A stretch of 63,383 bases of DNA from Clostridia bacterium DTU065. Its GTDB lineage: Bacteria; Bacillota; DTU065. The stretch's first letter is position 1, and every line of letters starts with the position of its first letter. Under the pieces are notes generated by a model. The model worked only from the letters and a program-made list of their open reading frames with translations. It was not told the origin of the DNA and did no database searches. This document shows, one piece after another, positions 40,858 to 50,548 of this stretch. The translations under genes were made by a program, and so were the position numbers. The stretch covers positions 1 through 63,383 of the forward strand of contig LFSI01000061.1 of the NCBI GenBank assembly GCA_001512545.1. Direction: 5' to 3'.

Positions 40858-40886
40858 GACTATATGGCAGGATGAGGGCGATTATT
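40858..40886 (-). promoter_or_regulatory. SigE-type promoter for spmAB
   Basis: - strand TAATAAT-N14-CATATAGT; spmAB is SigE-controlled in B. subtilis. Confidence 0.7.
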
Positions 40887-41052
40887 AACATCTGAAGTGT
40901 GCAGGCCTTCTTCCTAGAGATTTCCAAAGCTGGTTAAGGTGCCAGAAATAGTGCAATGACACCATTTGTGAAAGATCTTATAATGTGGGTAAGCCTGAGT
41001 GATCGGTATATCACTAGGCACGAACTCACAAAGTTTGGAAGGAGGACCATCT

Positions 41053-41805
41053 TTGCGACAAAAAAACAGAATAAGCCTGAGAAAATCACTGGTGATCACT
41101 GCTGTAATGGTTGCAGTATCAGTCTATGTATTTGCTGGTTCATATACAGTAAGATCGGGAGATACACTCTGGATCATCGCCAACAAGCACGGAACCAGCT
41201 TGGAAACCTTGAGGAAGTTGAATCCAGGTGTGGGAACCATGATCTACCCCGGTCAGGTGATCACCGTGCCTTCTACTGGTTCCGGAGGTGGCAGTACCAT
41301 CACGGTCCAAATGGGAGACACCCTCTGGAAGATTGCTTCCAAATACGGCACTACGGTGAATTCCATTAAGTCGCTAAACGGACTGACATCAGATATGATT
41401 TATCCAGGCCAAGTCTTAAGGGTCTCCTCTGGCGGGGCCAGCCAACAGACCAATCTGGACATCGATCTTCTGGCAAGGCTCGTTCACGCCGAAGCTCAGG
41501 GAGAACCTTATGAAGGACAAGTTGCAGTTGCCGCTGTTGTTTTGAATCGCATGAAGGATTCCCGCTTTCCCAATACTCTTGAAGGCGTAGTCTACGAAAA
41601 ACATGCATTTGAGCCGGTTTCTAACGGTCACATCTACAAGCCAGCAAGCAGCACTGCCTACAAAGCAGCACAGGACGCCATCAACGGTTGGGATCCCAGC
41701 TACAACAGCATCTTCTTCTACAACCCTGACAAACTCAAAGGGTGGAACTGGGTTCTCACAAGGCCCGTTGTCCGTAGAATCGGCAATCATGTTTTTGCAA
41801 GATAA
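41053..41805 (+). CDS. 2xLysM plus SleB-like (Hydrolase_2) cell wall hydrolase
   Basis: Signal peptide, two LysM repeats (GDTLWIIA, GDTLWKIA), LARLVHAEAQGEPYEGQVAVAAVVLNR, IGNHVF. TTG 41053 follows GGAGG. Confidence 0.93.
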   Translation: MRQKNRISLRKSLVITAVMVAVSVYVFAGSYTVRSGDTLWIIANKHGTSLETLRKLNPGVGTMIYPGQVITVPSTGSGGGSTITVQMGDTLWKIASKYGTTVNSIKSLNGLTSDMIYPGQVLRVSSGGASQQTNLDIDLLARLVHAEAQGEPYEGQVAVAAVVLNRMKDSRFPNTLEGVVYEKHAFEPVSNGHIYKPASSTAYKAAQDAINGWDPSYNSIFFYNPDKLKGWNWVLTRPVVRRIGNHVFAR

Positions 41806-41852
41806 ACCAATAACTAAAAACCTTTGACAACCTGCGAAATCGCGGTTGCAAA

Positions 41853-41886
41853 GAGCCTGACAAGTAACACTGTCAGGCTCTTTTCT
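41853..41886 (+). terminator. Intrinsic terminator (likely bidirectional)
   Basis: GAGCCTGACA/TGTCAGGCTC stem plus TTTT. Confidence 0.75.
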
Positions 41887-41892
41887 CTGCTT

Positions 41893-42048
41893 TTATGCAG
41901 GTTTGCCAACAATTAGTCCAATGATCAGGATCACTGCTGCCAAAATGAAGCTGTAGATTGCACCCTTTTTGTTGCGTTGCCTGGTCAAGTACATAATGCC
42001 AGCTGCTACGTTAAAAAGAGCCGCAATGAGAAAAACGGCGTTCATCAG
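41893..42048 (-). CDS. Small two-TM membrane protein
   Basis: MNAVFLIAALF..., strong SD GGAGG before ATG 42048. Confidence 0.65.
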   Translation of the reverse strand: MMNAVFLIAALFNVAAGIMYLTRQRNKKGAIYSFILAAVILIIGLIVGKPA

Positions 42049-42247
42049 ATAACCTCCATCCTCCAAATGGCACAAAACCGGTGTACAACTTGATTACAGT
42101 ATTCTTCATCTTAATCCCGTTTCCCTTGTTTGCAACGGGCTTTGTTCAAGCAGGGCAGCTGCGTATTAGAGCAGCTGCCCCTCTATAAAAAGGCTGCTGC
42201 ACACTTTGTCAATGAAGCGTGCAACAGCCTCTGTAGTCAGTTAAAAC

Positions 42248-43024
42248 TTAGTATTTTTTCAAGAAGTCAGCTGCTTTCTTGATATCTGCCACTGGATCGG
42301 GACCTACTTCTCTTTCGATAGTGAAGTAGCCGTTGAAGCCGATCTCTTTCATCGCTGCAATGTATGCATCCCAGTCGACGTGTCCCTCACCGAGAGCCAC
42401 TTCTTGGCCTTTGCCATCAACTCTGATGCCGTCTTTAGCGTGAGTGTGGACGATATAAGGAGCGAGAACCTTTACGCCTCCCAAGTAGTCGAAGCCCTTC
42501 ATGACCAGGTTGGCGGGATCGTAGTTAACGGCGATACCCTTGGACTGCACTGCATCGAGGAAGTCCTTCATAAGCTCCGGACTTTCAGGACCGGTTTCGC
42601 TAGCCAAAAACGCACCGTGGTTTTCTGCGTATTTTGCCACTTCTTTTACAGCGTCAAGCATCATCTTGCCCTGTTCGGTTTCTCTCCAATCCTCGGGAAC
42701 AACGCCGATATGAGTGGTCATGATCGGAGCGTTCAGAGATACTGACAGGTCGATCAGGCGCTTGGTCCTTTCGACGCGCTCTTCTAGACCTTGCGGATTG
42801 GCAAACCCGCCGATATCGCCGCAGGTTGCAGAGATTTCCAGGTTATTGGACTCCAAAAGATGCAGGAGATCCTTCTTGCCGGTTTCTGTGAGGTTCTCAG
42901 GGGCAAGTTCTCCTGTTGCGATCCACAGCTGTACACCGTGGCCGCCTACCTCCTTAGCTTTCTCAAGCGACTCTTTCAGCGGAAGTCTAAACGATGTGTG
43001 AATTACGCCAATTTTTAAAGCCAT
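42248..43024 (-). CDS. Sugar phosphate isomerase/epimerase (xylose isomerase-like TIM barrel)
   Basis: SETGPE, NYDPAN, HTHAKD, LGEGHVDW, TIERE. Confidence 0.9.
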   Translation of the reverse strand: MALKIGVIHTSFRLPLKESLEKAKEVGGHGVQLWIATGELAPENLTETGKKDLLHLLESNNLEISATCGDIGGFANPQGLEERVERTKRLIDLSVSLNAPIMTTHIGVVPEDWRETEQGKMMLDAVKEVAKYAENHGAFLASETGPESPELMKDFLDAVQSKGIAVNYDPANLVMKGFDYLGGVKVLAPYIVHTHAKDGIRVDGKGQEVALGEGHVDWDAYIAAMKEIGFNGYFTIEREVGPDPVADIKKAADFLKKY

Positions 43025-43095
43025 TTTTCTCACTCCTGTAATAACGATTCTACAGTTACAGTATTACCGCATTTGGGCACAAATCCTGCTAAATA

Positions 43096-45120
43096 TCAAC
43101 CGCATCTTGAAAATCCGCAGAAAAGACAGGTCATGCAGCCGTCTTCATGCTTCATATGCCCACCGCACTCAGGGCAAGCTCCCATGGAGCTTTCAGCTAC
43201 AGTGGAGGTCTGCTTCACTACATCGGCCATCGGCAGTTTTTCCGACACCATCTCGCTGGCGTGTTCGCCATTGCCGTTTTGGCGCCAGGCAACATAGTGC
43301 TCGATGGCAAGGCCGATGGCATCTGGGCAGGAGAGAACTACTCCGTTTTCTGTCCAGGCAGGTGATGGGCAGCGAATGCCCCTCAGGTGCTTGGTGATGG
43401 CTTCGGTAGATACTCCGGCCCTCATAGCCAGGGAGATCAGCCTGCTGATGGCATCCATCTGGCTTGATGCACAACCTCCGGATTTACCCAGCCTGGCGAA
43501 TAATTCGCAGAGGCCGTTTTCGTCTTCGTTGATGGTTACATACAAACTGCCGCACCCGGTTTTGATCTTTTCAGTCCTGCCGTACGTTACGCTTGGCCGT
43601 ACCCTAGGACTGATCCTGTGGGTGTCCTCTTCCTGGGTCTTGGATTCGGTTTTCCCGGTGCTTAGAACCTGCATCTGTCTGGAACCGTCGCGATAGACGG
43701 TTACGCCTTTGCAGCCCAGCTCGAAGGCGAGTCTAAACACCTTAGCAATATCTTCCCTGGTTGCCTCTTTCGGGAAGTTAACGGTCTTACTTACGGCATT
43801 ATCCACACCGTTTTGCTGGAAGACCGCTTGCATGCGTACGTGCCATTCAGGCGTAATATCGTGAGCTGTCACGAAAACTCTTCTCCAGTGCTCGGGAATC
43901 TCTTCCATATGCTGGATGGAACCTTCTTCAGCGATTTTTTCCATCAGCTCATCTGAATAGAAGTCTTCGCGCATGGCAACTTCTCTAAAGATCGGATGAA
44001 CCTCCAGAAGCCTCTGCTCATCCAAAATCGTCCGAACAAAGGACAGTGCAAACAACGGTTCAATGCCGCTAGAGCACCCTGCAATGATGCTGATCGATCC
44101 TGTAGGTGCGATCGTCGTAGTGGTGGCATTTCTTAGAGCCTGATACTTGTCCTTGTAAATGCTCTTTTCGAAGTTGGGGAAGCTGCCCCTCTCGAGGGCG
44201 ATTGCCTGAGATCTTTCCTTTGAGCGCTTGTCGATGAAGGCCATGATCTGGGCTCCGAGATCCAGAGCTTCCTGTGAGTTGTACGGGATCTCCAACATGA
44301 ACAGCATATCTGCAAAGCCCATTACGCCGAGACCGATCTTTCTGTTGGCTTTGGCCAGCTCTTCAATCTCGGGGAGCGGATAGCGATTGACATCGATAAC
44401 GTTGTCGAGGAAGTCCACTGCCAAATCAACAACCTGCCCCAAGTCTTCCCAATCGATCTTCCCGTCTTTGACGAACTTGGAGAGGTTAATTGAACCGAGG
44501 TTGCAAGCCTCGTAGGGCAAAAGCGGCTGTTCACCGCAGGGGTTGGTGGATTCGATCTCGCCAAGTTCTGGAGTGGGATTGTCGCGATTGATTCTATCCA
44601 AAAAGACGATCCCGGGCTCTCCATTGAGCCAGGCCATCTCCACCATGAGGTCGAACACCTCTCTGGCCCTCAGCTTCTGCACGACCTTTCCGTTGCGCGG
44701 GTTGAGCAGGTCGTACTCTGTATCATGTTCTACTGCTTGCATAAATGCTTCGGTGATTCCGACGGATATATTGAAATTGGTTAGTTCAGTGTTATCGCGT
44801 TTGCAGGTGATGAACTCTAGAATATCAGGATGATCGACTCTGAGGATGCCCATGTTGGCACCTCTTCTCACGCCACCCTGCTTGATCACTTCTGTGCTCG
44901 CGTTGAAAACCTTCATGAACGATATGGGTCCGGAAGCCACGCCGCCAGTTGTCTTGACACTGTCGTTGGCTGGACGAATCCGGGAAAACGAAAAACCTGT
45001 ACCTCCACCGCTTTTGTGGATGAGAGCTGCGTTCTTGACACTTTCAAAAATGCTCTCCATTGAATCCTCAATGGGAAGTACAAAACATGCCGAAAGTTGT
45101 TGTAGTTCTCTTCCTGCATT
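43096..45120 (-). CDS. nrdJ: Class II (adenosylcobalamin) ribonucleotide reductase, exon 2
   Basis: Begins [14 protein letters not shown] immediately after the intron. Contains [42 protein letters not shown] domain and C-terminal Zn ribbon. Confidence 0.96.
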   Translation of the reverse strand, partial: NAGRELQQLSACFVLPIEDSMESIFESVKNAALIHKSGGGTGFSFSRIRPANDSVKTTGGVASGPISFMKVFNASTEVIKQGGVRRGANMGILRVDHPDILEFITCKRDNTELTNFNISVGITEAFMQAVEHDTEYDLLNPRNGKVVQKLRAREVFDLMVEMAWLNGEPGIVFLDRINRDNPTPELGEIESTNPCGEQPLLPYEACNLGSINLSKFVKDGKIDWEDLGQVVDLAVDFLDNVIDVNRYPLPEIEELAKANRKIGLGVMGFADMLFMLEIPYNSQEALDLGAQIMAFIDKRSKERSQAIALERGSFPNFEKSIYKDKYQALRNATTTTIAPTGSISIIAGCSSGIEPLFALSFVRTILDEQRLLEVHPIFREVAMREDFYSDELMEKIAEEGSIQHMEEIPEHWRRVFVTAHDITPEWHVRMQAVFQQNGVDNAVSKTVNFPKEATREDIAKVFRLAFELGCKGVTVYRDGSRQMQVLSTGKTESKTQEEDTHRISPRVRPSVTYGRTEKIKTGCGSLYVTINEDENGLCELFARLGKSGGCASSQMDAISRLISLAMRAGVSTEAITKHLRGIRCPSPAWTENGVVLSCPDAIGLAIEHYVAWRQNGNGEHASEMVSEKLPMADVVKQTSTVAESSMGACPECGGHMKHEDGCMTCLFCGFSRCG

Positions 45121-46372
45121 GTAGGGTAGGGAGTATCCCCCCCTCCGAACCGTACGTGCGAGTTTCCCCGCATACGGCTCTCTAGTCAGCTTGAATGAGT
45201 TTGAGCCTCTTTCTTATCTCCTTGGTCGAGGTCCTATACTTACACGCCAAAGTCTTCTCCAGGCTTCTTTGCAAAATGTACAGCATATCTGCTTCTTCAC
45301 TGGGTTTGGAAAGCAGTGAAAGCAGGCGTTTGAACCTCTTCTCTTCTTCTTTGTAGAAGCTGATGATTCTTTCCATTGGAAGGTTAAGTAGGCTGCTTCT
45401 GTGGATGGGCTTGCCTTCCCGCATATAAGGCCTGAGGAGTTTGGCCTTAAAAGAAGGATCCAGAGTAATTCTGCCTTTTTGCCATCTGAGACCGAGTCCT
45501 TCTAATAAAAAAGACTTAACGTCTCCGTCTGGGCTGAATCTGTAGATGCCCTCATCCCATATAAGTACTTTTTCTGTAGGGAAATACGCTTTCCAGGGTT
45601 TAAGGTAAAAAACCAAGTGCCAGAATCTACCATCGTCGATTTTCTCCTTGATCTCCAAAGGAAAGTCGGAAAGCTCTTCAGCTTTCAAGTCAACTTCCTT
45701 CAGAAAGCCCAGGATTTTGTCGGTCTTAAACTCAACCTGGTAGACTGCACCTAAAACCGCGGCCACTGCGCTTTTCAGCTCGGATAGATGCTCACTTTCT
45801 AGCATTCTGTACCTCTCAGCCTTCAGCGCATCAACGATTTCCCTGCTGTACTCCGGTTTGTAGAAATCCGGATTGTAGAGCTGCCTGTATACCCGTGTAA
45901 GAATCCTCTTCTCAGAACTCCTTCGCAGGCATTCCAAGACAACGAGGCTTTCCTGCATTACGCATACCTCCGTTTCTCAGTACCTGGCTGACCTGCTCCC
46001 CTTCGCCATTAGGACGGCGTTACCGCCTTGACTACTACGAGAGCTCCGTAAGTGGCTCTGCCACCTATCCCAAGTTCATTAGCAAACACAACGCATCATT
46101 TAGGCTCTCCGTTCGTTCTTTTCAGCACCTGTCTGGTGCCCTGTCTGGTTTCGGGAATAAAGAAAGACCGATGAACATCTTTCTTTAAAACCAGATGCTT
46201 ACGCAGATCCCCACTTGATCCAGAAGAACTAGAGTTCAAGCAATCCAGCTTTAGCCATGTGATGCTTAGCGACCTGCATGCTGTTGTCCCTTGCGGTTAG
46301 CAGGTTCACTAACAGGACGTTTCCCGAGTCCTGTACCGTTTTCGGCAGTATTTGCTAACTGTCTTGGCGCAC
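45121..46372 (-). mobile_element. Group II intron (IIA, mitochondrial-like class), 1252 nt, phase 0 in nrdJ
   Basis: 5' GTGCGCC at 46372; DV GAGCCGTATGCGGGGAAACTCGCACGTACGGTTC (45180-45147); short DVI with bulged A at -7; ends ..CCCTAC at 45121. EBS1 46173-46168 and EBS2 46215-46210 complement exon 1. Removal restores NSPTLM-NAG. Confidence 0.96.
45182..45958 (-). CDS. Streamlined intron-encoded maturase (RT-dead; NTE/RT0 and domain X retained)
   Basis: Lies in DIV after [30 protein letters not shown] (N-terminal extension), [10 protein letters not shown], and [10 protein letters not shown]...[13 protein letters not shown] (domain X) are present. No YADD, PQG or HNH. Stop abuts DV. Confidence 0.88.
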   Translation of the reverse strand: MQESLVVLECLRRSSEKRILTRVYRQLYNPDFYKPEYSREIVDALKAERYRMLESEHLSELKSAVAAVLGAVYQVEFKTDKILGFLKEVDLKAEELSDFPLEIKEKIDDGRFWHLVFYLKPWKAYFPTEKVLIWDEGIYRFSPDGDVKSFLLEGLGLRWQKGRITLDPSFKAKLLRPYMREGKPIHRSSLLNLPMERIISFYKEEEKRFKRLLSLLSKPSEEADMLYILQRSLEKTLACKYRTSTKEIRKRLKLIQAD

Positions 46373-46603
46373 CATCAGAGTGGGACTATTCGGCATGAAT
46401 TTGAGACTGGTCATCAGCTCGTAGAAGCGTTCTGCTTTCTTTTTGATGTTGGCTTTCTTATCGTATAGCTTGTCCGCTTCAGCGATGTTGTACGCTACGC
46501 GATAAAACATTTCTTCAGGAGTTTCAAAGGTTCCGTCATCTTTTTTTCTCAGATAACGCTTCTCTAAAACCGTTCGGGCGTTGCTGCTTAGCTCTATTGA
46601 CAA
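46373..46603 (-). CDS. nrdJ: Class II ribonucleotide reductase, exon 1 (77 aa)
   Basis: AAAGGAGG SD then TTG 46603; NARTVLEKRYL..ETPEEMFYRVA..FMPNSPTLM, ending at the intron's GTGCG. Confidence 0.94.
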
Positions 46604-46695
46604 AAAAACTCCTCCTTTCGACACAGAAGTAGATGCTCTGTCTATATTTTCCACATTAGAGCATCTACTCCTTCTAACCTAGTTTATTCCCTTTT

Positions 46696-47733
46696 TTACC
46701 GTGCCAAAACTAGCTGAGTACCCGGATAGTAAAAGCTTAATATTTCTTTATAATCAAAACCTTCCTTTGCCATGCCGTCGGCGCCGTACTGGCTCATGCC
46801 CACTCCGTGCCCGAACCCTACCGTCTGAAAGGTGATGTAGTTGCCGTTTGCACTGACCTCAAAGGTGAAGTTGGTCGACCGCAGCCCGAGCTTTGTGCGC
46901 ACATCAACGCCTCTAACCACCGTGCTGCCGATCTGAACGAGTTCAACCCGCCCCGAGCGGTTGCGCGAAAGGATTTTAATAGGGCTTGCAGTTGGGTCGG
47001 GGTTGGACCACGGTTCAAGGAGAGTTGCAGCAGCAAAGACCTCGGGGCCTTGAGGCAAGTTCCTGGCCAAAACCAAGTTTTTTACATCCAAGCTTACTCC
47101 AAACGCCTTCTCCAGCTCTGCAATGCTTACGGTTTTTGCATCGGTGTAGCGTGGGGAATGTTTGTCGTAGGGGTTGGGTTTGGCTTTTAAATAAGGATAG
47201 TATGCGCCAAAAACCGCCGTACTGTCTTCAGTGTACGGACCTGCGGTGGAGTAGTACAGAGCTTCGATTAAGGCTCCATCGTAAACCAGGACCTCTCCTT
47301 TGGTGCTGTAAACCGCATCCCTGATCTTCTTCTCGTATTGCGCAAAGTCGTCCTGCCACTTCTGCTTGCGCTCGTCCTCCGACAACCAGGCTTGCCCTTC
47401 CTGAGGCAGGTTGGTAATGTCAGCGTTTTCCGGGTAGGGAGAACCGGTCCTGGCTATCCTTTCCAGCCGCTTGAGCGTATAAGTCCTCGCAGCTACGGCC
47501 TGGCTCTTAAGCGCTTCTGCGTGAAACGAAGCGGGCATCTCCGCAGCCACTACTCCAACCAGGTATTCTTCCAGATCCAGTTCTAAAAGGCCCTTGCCGT
47601 AGACATACAGCCGGACTTTTCTGTCCAAAAGGGCTCTTTCTTTCTTCGTTCCTACCGCCAGCACAATGCAGCAGATTAACAAGACGCCTACTGCAAACCA
47701 AACTGCAGTTAAAACGGCATTTCTCTTATCCAA
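46696..47733 (-). CDS. spoIID: Stage II sporulation protein D
   Basis: LEEYLVGVVAAEMPASFHAEALKSQAVAARTY, GFGHGVGMSQYGA. Upstream CATATTAT resembles a SigE -10. Confidence 0.93.
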   Translation of the reverse strand: MDKRNAVLTAVWFAVGVLLICCIVLAVGTKKERALLDRKVRLYVYGKGLLELDLEEYLVGVVAAEMPASFHAEALKSQAVAARTYTLKRLERIARTGSPYPENADITNLPQEGQAWLSEDERKQKWQDDFAQYEKKIRDAVYSTKGEVLVYDGALIEALYYSTAGPYTEDSTAVFGAYYPYLKAKPNPYDKHSPRYTDAKTVSIAELEKAFGVSLDVKNLVLARNLPQGPEVFAAATLLEPWSNPDPTASPIKILSRNRSGRVELVQIGSTVVRGVDVRTKLGLRSTNFTFEVSANGNYITFQTVGFGHGVGMSQYGADGMAKEGFDYKEILSFYYPGTQLVLAR

Positions 47734-47915
47734 AACCAGCTTCCCCTTCCTTGTTTTGGAAATACCTCTCTACACTCTACTTAACCATAATATGCATTGA
47801 GCTGCAAAGTGGTACAAAGAGATTTCCGGGGTCCCAAAAACTTAAGTATAGCCAAGTCCAATGCCAGTGGGAGTCTGTTGGGACACCCGCTGGGTCTTTT
47901 GCCATGCGCTGCCCT

Positions 47916-47966
47916 AAAAGTAAAGGGATGCAGGAGTGGCGCCTAAAGCCTTGTCTCTGCATCCCT
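47916..47966 (-). terminator. Terminator after the DJ-1/PfpI gene
   Basis: AGGGATGCAG/CTGCATCCCT stem plus TTACTTTT. Confidence 0.65.
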
Positions 47967-48004
47967 CAGTTTGGGCATCTCTTTATTCTACTTACAGCAG
48001 CAGT

Positions 48005-48523
48005 TTACTTTTGCAGCGCCTCGAGCGCTTCCATTACGGCTTTGGCAAAGTCTCTTGCTGCCGCTGGACCGTTTCCGGTAACGATCCTTTCATCAACTTC
48101 AACGGGGTTCCCTGTATAGAAGGCTCCCCCTTTGACCAAGTCGTTCTCACCGTCAGGGTAGACTGTTGCTTTCTTCCCCTGAAGGAGACCGGCTCTACTC
48201 AGAATCACCGGAGCGATGCAGATCGCAGAAACGATCTTTCCGTTTCTGTAAGCCTCTCTGGCTAGCCCGTGGGCTATAGGCGAATCGAAGTATTCGCTTG
48301 ATCCTCCGCCCCCAACAAAAACCAGAGCGTCGAAGTCGTCGGTTGTCAGTTCTTTGAAATCTATGTCAGGTGTGACCTTAGCCCCAAAGCGGCCGGTGCA
48401 TTCTCCGAGCGTTGATGAAGCGGTAATAACTTCGTGGCCGTTCTTCAGGAACTCCTCTTTCGGATGGAGGTACTCCTCATCGCGAAACTCACTTTTTGCT
48501 ATAATCATCGCTATCTTTGCCAC
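48005..48523 (-). CDS. DJ-1/PfpI family protein
   Basis: FRDEE, DALVFVGG, SAICIAP, IVTGNGP. Confidence 0.93.
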   Translation of the reverse strand: MAKIAMIIAKSEFRDEEYLHPKEEFLKNGHEVITASSTLGECTGRFGAKVTPDIDFKELTTDDFDALVFVGGGGSSEYFDSPIAHGLAREAYRNGKIVSAICIAPVILSRAGLLQGKKATVYPDGENDLVKGGAFYTGNPVEVDERIVTGNGPAAARDFAKAVMEALEALQK

Positions 48524-48653
48524 ATGATCGCCCCCTACATCTTATTTTGTACTTCTTGTTCCATTTTCCCCTTCCCGTTCTTTTGAAACTCTCGGGAACT
48601 CGCATTCCAGAATTTGCCAGAATAAAACCGGCAAAAAAAGTCATGATAATACT

Positions 48654-48734
48654 GAGGCGCTAATCAATATGCTTGTTTGTTGATTGGTTGCCTGCACACC
48701 CACAGGTTTTTCAACCTGTGGGTTGCTCTTTTTT
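48654..48734 (+). ncRNA. Candidate small RNA, copy 1
   Basis: GAGGC-led hairpin, then ACCCACAGG/CCTGTGGGT terminator stem with T tail; paralogous to 51973-52053. Confidence 0.55.
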
Positions 48735-48866
48735 ATCTATTATAGCACTTTGCTGCAAAAAAAAGACATCTCCTGCAAAACGTTTCCAGTGGGCCTTTGC
48801 TTTGATGTGGTCAGGAGCAGACAAAAAAGCAGCTGATGCGTTTTTCGCGTCCGCTGCTTTTTGCCT

Positions 48867-49853
48867 TTACATGGAAACAAATGGAGAGTACAACCGCAAG
48901 ATGCCGCCCTGGGTTTTTAACGTCTGCTCTTTGGCATCCTTGCCCCGTACGTAGCTGAAGTTCGGTCCTTCTGCACCCACAACGTTTGTGGAGATCTCTG
49001 TGCCCGTAGTCTCAACTAAGAGCTCAGCGTCTGTGCGGAGCATTTTTATCGTGACTTCAGATTCTTCGGCAGTTATGCGAGAAAAATGGTCTCCCAGTTC
49101 GAGATAAGCGTTGGTTCCCTCCAGGTGTAAACCGAGGTTGTTTTCAGTTCTCCTCACTCTGAGGGTGCCGCCTTTAACCGTAAGGTCCACTTCGTCGACG
49201 TACTCGAGACTCACCGTAGAGTTCTGCGCATTCCCCTTTACAAGTGCCACTGAGCTTACATTGACAACCGTCTCTGTTGCATCCAGTATGATTTGATCCT
49301 TCTTGGCCTCAGCTTGGGCTATCTCCAGCTGGCACCGAGTGGTCTCGATGATCTCCGGAGTTGAGTTTGTCAGTTGGACATAGGAATCTGCTGCCTTTAT
49401 TTTACCGGTCTTCACATCTGTTAGACTCAGATATGAGCTTCTTGCGTCTATCTCCGCTACGTTGACGCTTACGTAAACCGACGCACCGTAAGCGGTGACT
49501 TGGGGAAGGATTGCCTCGGGCAGGCTGACCGTAGCAACGCTTCCTTCTAGAACCTTCAGAACTATCCCGTCTTCGCTCCGAACCACGCTGACCGCATCTT
49601 CGGATTGAGCGGTAACTGTCAGGGACTTTTTCTTGGTAGGTTCAAGGTTAAGCCTGCTCTCATCAACTTCTATAAAGAACCTCTCGCCCTCTTCAATCTC
49701 GATGGTCTGAGTTTGCATCTCCGAGCGTGCGGAGAGGTCTACTTCCACCATGCTCTCGAAGAACCTCAGAAAAGGTTCGTTTATCTTGAAATCCAAGATC
49801 ATGACTGCAGTAAGAACGAGCATAACTGCAATTAAGCCAAATCGTTTGATCAT
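48867..49853 (-). CDS. Membrane-anchored beta-solenoid protein (DUF4097-like)
   Basis: N-terminal TM and repetitive beta-strand pattern; last gene of the GntR/ABC operon. Confidence 0.65.
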   Translation of the reverse strand: MIKRFGLIAVMLVLTAVMILDFKINEPFLRFFESMVEVDLSARSEMQTQTIEIEEGERFFIEVDESRLNLEPTKKKSLTVTAQSEDAVSVVRSEDGIVLKVLEGSVATVSLPEAILPQVTAYGASVYVSVNVAEIDARSSYLSLTDVKTGKIKAADSYVQLTNSTPEIIETTRCQLEIAQAEAKKDQIILDATETVVNVSSVALVKGNAQNSTVSLEYVDEVDLTVKGGTLRVRRTENNLGLHLEGTNAYLELGDHFSRITAEESEVTIKMLRTDAELLVETTGTEISTNVVGAEGPNFSYVRGKDAKEQTLKTQGGILRLYSPFVSM

Positions 49854-49864
49854 CTCTCTCCCCC

Positions 49865-50548
49865 CTAGATTGCCGGTTCGTTATCCCAAAGTTTTCCGTT
49901 GATAAACAACAGCGCTACTGAAACTGCCAAAACCGCAAGGATAAACCCACTGCTTACGTAGCTGCCTGACGTTCCTGCTATGGCAAAGTCCGGCAGAAAC
50001 TCAAAGACTTTAGCCACAAGAGGGACGATCCGAATTACAAGATAGAAGGTGAGAACGAAGGCCCAGAAGCTGAATGCACTTCTGAACTTGGCTACGTAGT
50101 TGGCTATAAGGTAAGAAAACTGCATCAAGACTATGCCGAAAAATGGTGCAAGGAGGAAAAACGCCGCTTCCAAAATGCCTGTGTCGCTAAACAAGAACAC
50201 AGTGTCTCCCTCGCCCACAATGAATCTGAAGTAAAGGGCACACCAAAAAACAAGATACAGCACATAGCTGGACATCAGCCAGCCAATTTTTACCAAGAGG
50301 TGAACATATCCGGGGACAGGGAGGCTTTTTTTGATGTAGATGGTGTTGTTTTTCCGTTCCTTCGCAAGAGGGCTCGTGCAGAGAATGCCATAGGCGAAGA
50401 TGGAGAGGATCAATGGAAAACTGAAGAGCTCTTCCGGAAACAGACCGAAATTCATCAGGACTTTAACTGCAATCGTTCCCACTATCATCAGCAGCCAGTA
50501 AAAGCCGTTTTCGCGCCATTCATGCAGATACAGCTTCCAAGAAATCAT
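49865..50548 (-). CDS. ABC-2 type permease
   Basis: About six TMs, 'KSLPV...LLVK'; follows the ATPase. Confidence 0.8.
   Translation of the reverse strand: MISWKLYLHEWRENGFYWLLMIVGTIAVKVLMNFGLFPEELFSFPLILSIFAYGILCTSPLAKERKNNTIYIKKSLPVPGYVHLLVKIGWLMSSYVLYLVFWCALYFRFIVGEGDTVFLFSDTGILEAAFFLLAPFFGIVLMQFSYLIANYVAKFRSAFSFWAFVLTFYLVIRIVPLVAKVFEFLPDFAIAGTSGSYVSSGFILAVLAVSVALLFINGKLWDNEPAI

Noticed and set aside
40890-41050. c-di-AMP (ydaO) riboswitch upstream of the LysM hydrolase
   Set aside because: The leader is short and lacks the GCTGAATCC/GGGGGA/CAGCTAAC motifs.
44913-45173. 86-aa [15 protein letters not shown]...
   Set aside because: It is a translation of intron domains V-VI running out of frame into exon 2.
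45121-46372. Intein or group I intron, or a class IIC intron, in nrdJ
   Set aside because: GUGCG...AC ends, the 34-nt AGC-type DV and EBS2 identify group IIA. The frame is closed, so it is not an intein.
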